DNA of 64,000 bases, from the NCBI RefSeq assembly GCF_009914755.1, contig NC_060930.1, one strand, 5' to 3'. Below, piece after piece: positions 51,827-64,000 of the stretch (position 1 is its first letter; each line of letters opens with the position of its first letter). The notes under the pieces are model-generated. The model was not told where the DNA came from and did no database searches. It worked only from the letters and a program-made list of their open reading frames with translations. Source of the stretch: the human T2T-CHM13v2.0 reference genome, Homo sapiens. A program made the translations under genes and the position numbers.

Positions 51827-52421
51827 CTGTGATTTAAAATAAACGAACAAAAAAGCTATGTCAAGGTAACACAAGTTGTAAGAGTCACCTATAAACACTG
51901 TAATAAAGTACTTAAGATCATTTCTTTATATACCATGGAGTGCTCTGTAACACAATCACCATCTTTCTACTAAGGCCTCTGAAAGGATTTAATATATAAA
52001 AATGCAAATACGACCACCAAAAAAAGATCAGCAATTACTTTTATAAAACATTCAACAACCTGTGATATTAATATTAGAGCTCATTCATGCCCATTTTGAT
52101 TCAATAATCACTAGTCCAGATAATTAATAAAGTCTTAGGTTCCATACAACTAAGTGTCAAGAATTAAACTTCTTTCTACAAAATTAAAAATAAAATTTGA
52201 AGAAATATTAATATATTCTCTTCCTATAAATACCATTTCATTAATAATGCAATTTTAACATTCCCAAACTACTACTCCTGCTGAATTTTAAAGTATAAAA
52301 AGTAGGGCAATAGAAAATACACAGAAATAAAGATACTGACCACTTCAAAACATATGTGATTTCAAGGTTAATCACTACAGGGGCTACCACTGCAGCCACC
52401 TGCAACTATTTAAAAAAAAAG

Positions 52422-54799
<2,378 letters not shown>

Positions 54800-55038
54800 T
54801 CAAGTAATAATGATCCTATAAATAATCTTAATAAATCATACTGATTTTAATGAGTTCTCTGTAAATACATTTTAATTCTTAACTTTGTCATCTTTATAAA
54901 GAGATTCAACATCCACTTTTATGATACAATCCTTTCAAAAGAAAATGAATTGCAAACAAATACATACTTAAGATAGTATCATAGGAAAATTATCCAATAC
55001 ATTTTAACATACTTGGCCCCAGGTTCAAGAAGAAGTAC

Positions 55039-55147
55039 CTCTAGGCAAGCTTGTTACTTCAACATATCCGTGGGAGGCCAGATCTTGAGACAGATTTCCC
55101 AGATGATACTCATCTGCCGTTGCAAATGCTGTGCAGTGCATTAGGTC
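55039..55147 (-). CDS. RMND1: RMND1 exon 3 ([36 protein letters not shown])
   Basis: 109 nt; acceptor AACAG|GAC, donor GAG|GTACTT; peptide visible in ORF 55025..55231. Confidence 0.96.
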
Positions 55148-57097
55148 CTGTTCCAGGGAAATGAGCATAACATGGGTTACCAAGAGGCTGAAGCATCTGT
55201 GACGGCTGCTGAGCACCCTACTGGACTCCATTCTGCAAAGCTAGAACTCCAGAATTTTCTTCAAACATCTCCAAGGGTGATACAAGGGATGGGATGAAGA
55301 TGAAGAGAATGAAGTTACTGGGAGGCAAATTTCAGCTCAATCTTGAAAAGAACTTGCTCCCTCCCGCCAGGCAAAAAGATGGAATGGATTATTCTGAAAG
55401 GGAAGCCACACTCAACTGGTAGTATCTCAAGCACAGATTGAATGCAAAATAGAGATGATTAAGGCATCACATGGGTGACTGGATGGAATGATGTTTAAGT
55501 CTCTCCAACCCTGAGTTTCCATGACTCTTTTTCAAAGCAACATTAGTATTTGAGGTCATTTCCTAATTTGTAACTACTCTTGTACAGGCAGATTCCTTTA
55601 AATCCCCAAAGGAATTACAGTATTTTTACACTGGTTAACATTTAACAAAAAGGTCTGTAAATCTGAGCATGTGTCTTGGTTTGGTTTGTACTTTGTCTCA
55701 TGCCCCATCTTGCCTTTGCACACATGAGGAAAGTCATCTTGTGTCTATATAAAATACAGATGGTAAGCACTATGGCTCAATGCTGTGTTTTTTCAAACTG
55801 TAAGTCACAACACATTAGTGAGTTCTGATACCAATTTAGTTGGCCCAAAACAGCTTTTTTAGTAAAACTAAATAGAAAATATTACAGTGCATTATTCACA
55901 GGAAATGCTATTTTATGAAGTTTTCTGTCACTTACATGTATCTATGTATCTACTCTAGGTCGCTATGTATGTAAAATGTTAAATATATTTCTCACTATAA
56001 GATGTGGTCAATAAAGTTTGAAAGCTATTGGCATAAGAGTTAAGATTTTAGGCACAGAAGTTGGTTACAATTTTAAAAGAGTATCAGAATAACAATAATG
56101 CCTACTTTATGGGGTTGTTGTAAAGTTTAAATAAGCTAATAAACAAAGTGCTCAGGACTGTGGCTAACACAACTGTTCAGTAGTTGTTAGATTCTAGTTG
56201 GCCAAAACAAGTTTATGAGTCACTAAATCAACATTTATTCTTAGGATTTACTCCTCTCAGCTCCCCAATTCTTTCCCATTCTGTATATTCCTGGTATGAA
56301 ATTCTAGAGAAGTATATATTAATTCATTCCTTCCTCCCACCTCCATTCTGTATCTCCTGGCTCTTTCTCATGAAATGGCCTGACCCCATTTGCCCTTCCT
56401 CAATCTGTTCCACAGCTCTGATGCGTGGTTTAAAGGTAGAGGAATAACAGAGAACCTGAGGATCCATGCAAACTGAAAAATCCAAAATCAATAAACTATC
56501 TACTCATAAACAAAATGAGACTAATCCAATTAGAAAAAAAGTCAGACAAGCTGAAATTACTGGGGAATGTGGGGATAAATGGATGTAGTACCCTAATTAT
56601 GAGCAGATAACTGCTAATTCCTTCCAAATTAGCTAATTCCCATAGTCACATATGAAAGTAGGAACACGGGGATATACAAATAAAAATGTATCAGGAGTTA
56701 CCAGAGTACAGGGAACAGGCACGTGCTTAAGGTTTAGACCTGTGAGCACTAGTTCTTTTTAAGGCTTCATGGAGTTAAAACTAGCTGATGTACGATGTGT
56801 GTAAAGATTCGGCCAGCTGAAAGAAAGGAATCCTAGCAAGGGGCATCAGGCGAGACATCGGGTAGGCTCCACTCTGCAAGACCTGGCAAATTCACTCAAG
56901 CTTGCTAGGTGAAATCACAGTACATTAGGTTGGATGTCAGAATTACTTCTGTGATGGCTACAGCTCATGTGCTTAGTTTGGGCTGAAGTGGGAAGAGCAA
57001 GAGGCACAAAAAGGAGATAAGCAGGTCACAAGCTAGTCCACTGAAGGATCTTCCTGTAGCTGTACTGAAAATGGCAGAGGCTGTCTCTTTCGCTAGA

Positions 57098-57260
57098 ATC
57101 GGAGTTGTAAACTGGCAGCTCGGAGAACCATCCAACTCAAGAGTTGACCTACATCACGTTTCTAAAATTCAAATTGACTTGTCAACAATAAACTGAGAGA
57201 TTTCACACAAAATCCAGATTTCCATCATCATCTGACCGAGTGGAAGATCTGGCTATAATA
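57098..57260 (+). mobile_element. MER102-like hAT-Charlie fragment
   Basis: gagatttcacacaaaatccagatttcc...gaagatctggc. Confidence 0.5.
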
Positions 57261-57430
57261 ATGGACTAGGATAGAGTAGGGGGGCCCAGGGTCTCCAGCC
57301 CACACTGTCCCTGCCTCTCCCTGTTGTCTCACGTCTGCTTCACCATCATGTGGTACTGGCCAAGCCCATCTGCACTAAGAATGTGTACTACTTTTTTTTT
57401 TTTTTTTCCAAAAAAAAACCCAAAAACCTT

Positions 57431-58910
<1,480 letters not shown>

Positions 58911-59866
58911 TAAAAATAAAAGGCTCAATATATTCAGAACTGAGTTTTGGGCAATCTGGTATCCCAAATTATGTGAATATTCCGACACTAACAGCAAATT
59001 GAGAATGTGTACTATTTTCAACTCTCAAGGACAGGACAAGTCAATCACTATTTTTATGAGAAAATATATTCTAAGCTCCAAATAGATTATGAATAAATCT
59101 TTAAACACAATCTGTTTTCACTTGGCCATCCTAAGGATCTTTGTTGTAGGTTTTCCAGACTGTCAACTGTCCCCTTTCCTTCTCTTGGGATCTCCCATTT
59201 AGTTTGGCTCAAAGTTCTATCCAATGTCACTCAGCTTATATGGTTTGCTACACTACTTTCTGTATTCTCCTTAAACTTCTTAGCTCTGAGTCTTAGTTGT
59301 GGGTTTCTTCTATTAATAGATGAACTTGACGTTTTAGACACTTTGTTTTGGTTTTGTTTTCTTTGCTTTTTTTATTTTAGCCTATTTGGTAAAAGGAAAG
59401 AGAATCATGGAATGTCTTGTCTGCTTTTTTTTCTTTATTAAAGATGCTGTTGTTTTCTGAGCAGCTTTCATTTTTATACATCCTTTTCTGGATTTTTACA
59501 GTGAATCCTTATTAAGCATTAGCTACATATATATGTAAAGCATATTTTGGGTTTCAGGATGGGGATCTACACCTTCCTGTTAAATAGATGTGTCAAACCA
59601 ACCGATAATAGTTATGATATTCAGGGCTTTTCTACTTCAAAATGTTTTAAAAAACCCAAAAAGCAAAAACCCCAAACCACTGTATTTTAGTATGTTTTGT
59701 TTTTCTGGCCAAAGAAGACATGTTCCAGCAGATGGGGCTAGAAATCTACATATGATTCTTGTTTTAGGAGCATCGCATGCTCTGATCAGAACATTTTTTT
59801 AAAAATTGTACTTTCATTTACACTGTATTACTGAAGAAAATTAGTGTGTTACAGCAATGTTGCTTC

Positions 59867-60750
59867 TATAGTGATATAATACATTTACATTTGGTCTTTG
59901 TCCTTGGTTCCCAGTACAGACTCCTAAAAACCCCTGTAATTTTCTAAGTGACAGGGGCATTTTTGGTTGTAGTATTTGCTCTTTGCCTTCAGTTACTAAC
60001 ACAGAGCTTCTAAAAATTCCTTGGAATTTCACGAGTGATGGGAACATCTTTTGTTTTAATGAGGTGACTCTCGGTGGGTCCTGGACAGCTTCAGGATGGG
60101 GGGTGGTTACCAGAAAGACCAAACTTTGATTAGAAGCTTAGAACTTTCAGCCTCACCCTTAACTTCTGGTGGACGGAGAGGGGCTGGAGATTGAGTTAAT
60201 CATTAATCATGGCTTACACAATGAAACCTCCATTAAAAACACCCAGATGATGGGGTCTGGAGAACTCCTGGGTTGATCAATGCATCCATGTGCCAGGAGG
60301 GTGGCACAGCCCAGTTCTATGAGGAACAGAAGCTCCTAAGTTCCAGGCCCTTCTTGACTTCACTCTGTGCACCTCTACATCTGGTTGTTCATTTGCATAC
60401 TTTACATAAAAAACCCAGTAAACATAAATAAAATGATTCCCTGAGTTCTGTGGGCCATTCTAGCAAATAATCAAACCTGAAGAGGGGATGGTTGTCATAG
60501 AGCTGGTTGGTCAGAAGCACAGGTGTCAACTGGGAGGGCAGTCTTGTGGGGCTGAGCTTAACTAACTGGCGTCTGCACTAACTCTGGCTAGTGCTGGAAT
60601 TGAACTGAATTGCAGGACACCTTGTTAGTGTCTGGAGAATTGGAGAACTGGCTGGTAGGAGGAGGAAGAGGTCCCCATATATTTGATGTCAGAAGTACTG
60701 TGAGTAGATAGATCATACTAAGGAAAAATGCCTTTTCTCCTGTAACGTAC
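59867..60750 (+). mobile_element. MER21-family (ERVL) solo LTR
   Basis: Internal duplicated unit acagagc/actcctaaaa...cttggaatttc, ccagaaagacca, aataaa...ttccctgagttctgtg. Confidence 0.75.
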
Positions 60751-61129
60751 TGATTGGAGATTAAAGCTATAAAAACACAGATACATTTTACGTTACCAAG
60801 ATCACGCTTTATCCTGTAAGTTTTTCTGACTACAACCTATAAATCATTAAACATAGTACATATACACATATATGCTTACACACCAATAATTGCCACAAAA
60901 GCTTCACAAACCAGTATTTACGTTTATCATGAGCAATGTATTCTGTTATTTTCTATTCTATTTCATTTTTCAAAAAAATGGTTAACAGTCCACCAGTGAT
61001 TCTGTAACACAGTGCTATTAGCCTGAAAACATTCTCCCTGGTGTCGGGCTCCATGCCACTCAGTCCTGCCGTTCCCATCCTCTGCTGTTCTCTTCAAAGA
61101 CTGGACATTAACAAGAAGCACTGCTATTA

Positions 61130-62208
<1,079 letters not shown>

Positions 62209-63934
62209 AGAAACATCTGATTTTCTATTATTTCCCTGTGCTTTCAGAAAGACAGCATGCGACTTGCTCTTGCCAAACTCCAACTGAAGTCATTGTCTAT
62301 CATGTTACATAATGTCTCCTATAACAGAATCCATGAAATAACTAACTCCTTAATTTCAGTGCTGGAAAAAGTTATTTCTCTGAAGATATTTTTATGTTTT
62401 TACTCTGCCCTCTCCCACAACAATAAACAACAAACACTAAATCCCAGGAGGAGTTCCTCTTTTAATTACTGCGCTTCTCAAAACAAAATGTTCAACTAGA
62501 TTATTCATTTCAGGTACTTCATAACATTTCTCTGTTCATGTCAACTATTTGCTCTAATATGTGAAAGTATTTATTATCTCATTTGAAACTATGTTGAATG
62601 TTGAAAATCTACTTCAAATTCTTTCCTGGAAGGAAGTAGAAAAAAAAATCTAAAGAAAAATAGATACGGTATTTAGGAAAATTGCTTCCAAGTCTAAGGA
62701 TGGCCCAAAGAAATAGCCTAGGGACATCTCTGACCTATCAGCTTCTTCCTAAGAAACCTGACGCACTGTGCTGCTAGACGTTACAAATGAACAAAGTGAG
62801 TTGAGCTTTCTCTTTTTTGGATCTGCCATGAATTCAGGTTTTTACACTTAATGCCATCTCGGACACTTAAATACTGAATTTCCCAGGTTACCCCAAAGCT
62901 CCAGCAAAAGGAAAGGGGAAACAGTAGCTGCACAACACTTCATCCTTCACGTCCTGAGTTCAGAGTAACCACACAAGAATTGAAAGCATTCCAGAATCCA
63001 ACACAAAAACCATTCATTCATTGCTAGATTCAGAATCAGAGGATGAGTAAAGGTATGTATGTATACCTTTCCAAGGGGTGTCAGCTGCACAGTAATAAAA
63101 ACACAGCCAAAATGAAACAGGCTCAGGGGCTACTTTTCAGAATCAAGACTTGAAGACAGACATTCTAACCTGTTTTCTGATAGATTCAGAAGTCTTCATC
63201 AAGTTTAAAATATCTTTAAAGTTGATGACTATCGGCATTAAAGATCCTCTTGCCTCTTTTCAATCCTTTCCAATTTAATAAACATTTAAGTACAAGGTAC
63301 AGTTCTAGGTATTATGCAAGATACAAAGGTTATCAAGGGCTTGATCTTGACCCTTAAGTTGTTACTGAAGGAGAAATGCAAATTGTAGCAGAAAAATTCC
63401 CAGAAACCCCTTAAGGATGAATAAAAAATACCCCCTTAAACCTTAAGAGGATAAAAAAGCTGGGCCCTCCTCTCCTGCTGCTTTTGGAGTCCACCCTACC
63501 GTGTCATTTCACCGCCCCATGCAACTGCCACAGCCTAATAAAGGCTTATCTGTCTGCAGAGTTACAATTTTTTTTAACTTGATGAAGAATTTCTAGTTTG
63601 TTTTTTTTTATTTTATTTTTTTTTACAGTCCCATTCTTAGACTGGACTTAATACTGGTCCTCTTTTTCAGTTTCCTTAGACCAATAACCAAATCTTTTAT
63701 AAACTCTATTTTCATGTGTTATCACCTGTATTTTGTTTTTATATGTATCATTAATTGTTAAAAATTAAGATTCTGAATCCCTTTGGATATTTATTAGGCT
63801 TCAAAGACCTTGATGAAGAAGTCTGAGTGACTGCTAGTTCTCTTACGTTGGCGGTAAGGCTGGGGTGCAACGCACACTGGTTTAGCATGAGCAATGATCA
63901 CTAAGCACGAGAGCCACGGCCACCCCTACTTTAC

Positions 63935-64000
63935 CTCGTTCACAGACAGAACTGGAAGGTTGGTCCTGGATGGCTGTCTGGTCCTGGATGCTTTTAGTGG
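63935..64000 (-). CDS. RMND1: RMND1 exon 2, 3' part (PLKASRTRQPSRTNLPVLSVNE)
   Basis: 22 open codons ending at donor GAG|GTAAAG (GT at 63934-63933), phase 0 into exon 3. Confidence 0.95.

Noticed and set aside
57392-57418. T16-CC-A9 hairpin
   Set aside because: Homopolymer slippage next to an Alu target site

Overview
Primate genomic DNA, most consistent with human chr6q25.1. It is very Alu-dense (about 55 Alu/FLAM pieces) and carries two minus-strand genes in tandem. RMND1 coding exons run from the 3' part of exon 2 (63935-64000) through exons 3-12 (55147 down to the TGA at 23824). All of its junctions are GT-AG and phase-compatible, and its Alu-containing 3' UTR ends near 23350. About 13 kb further along the minus strand lie a CpG island (about 8550-10490) and the non-coding first exon (donor at 10005) of a gene I recognise as ZBTB2, whose intron 1 fills 1-10005. 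RMND1 intron 10 holds an old intronless HSPA8 (HSC70) retrocopy that is split by an MLT1 LTR, which is itself split by an MST LTR and Alus. Almost all supplied ORFs are Alu or GC-rich artefacts. I found no convincing undescribed biological system. The best leads are candidate RNA-processing signals (a cryptic exon, intronic polyadenylation, a dual-use splice site), three head-to-head Alu hairpins, non-B DNA motifs and the nested retro-insertion. Gene identities and repeat subfamilies come from recall, not from a database search.
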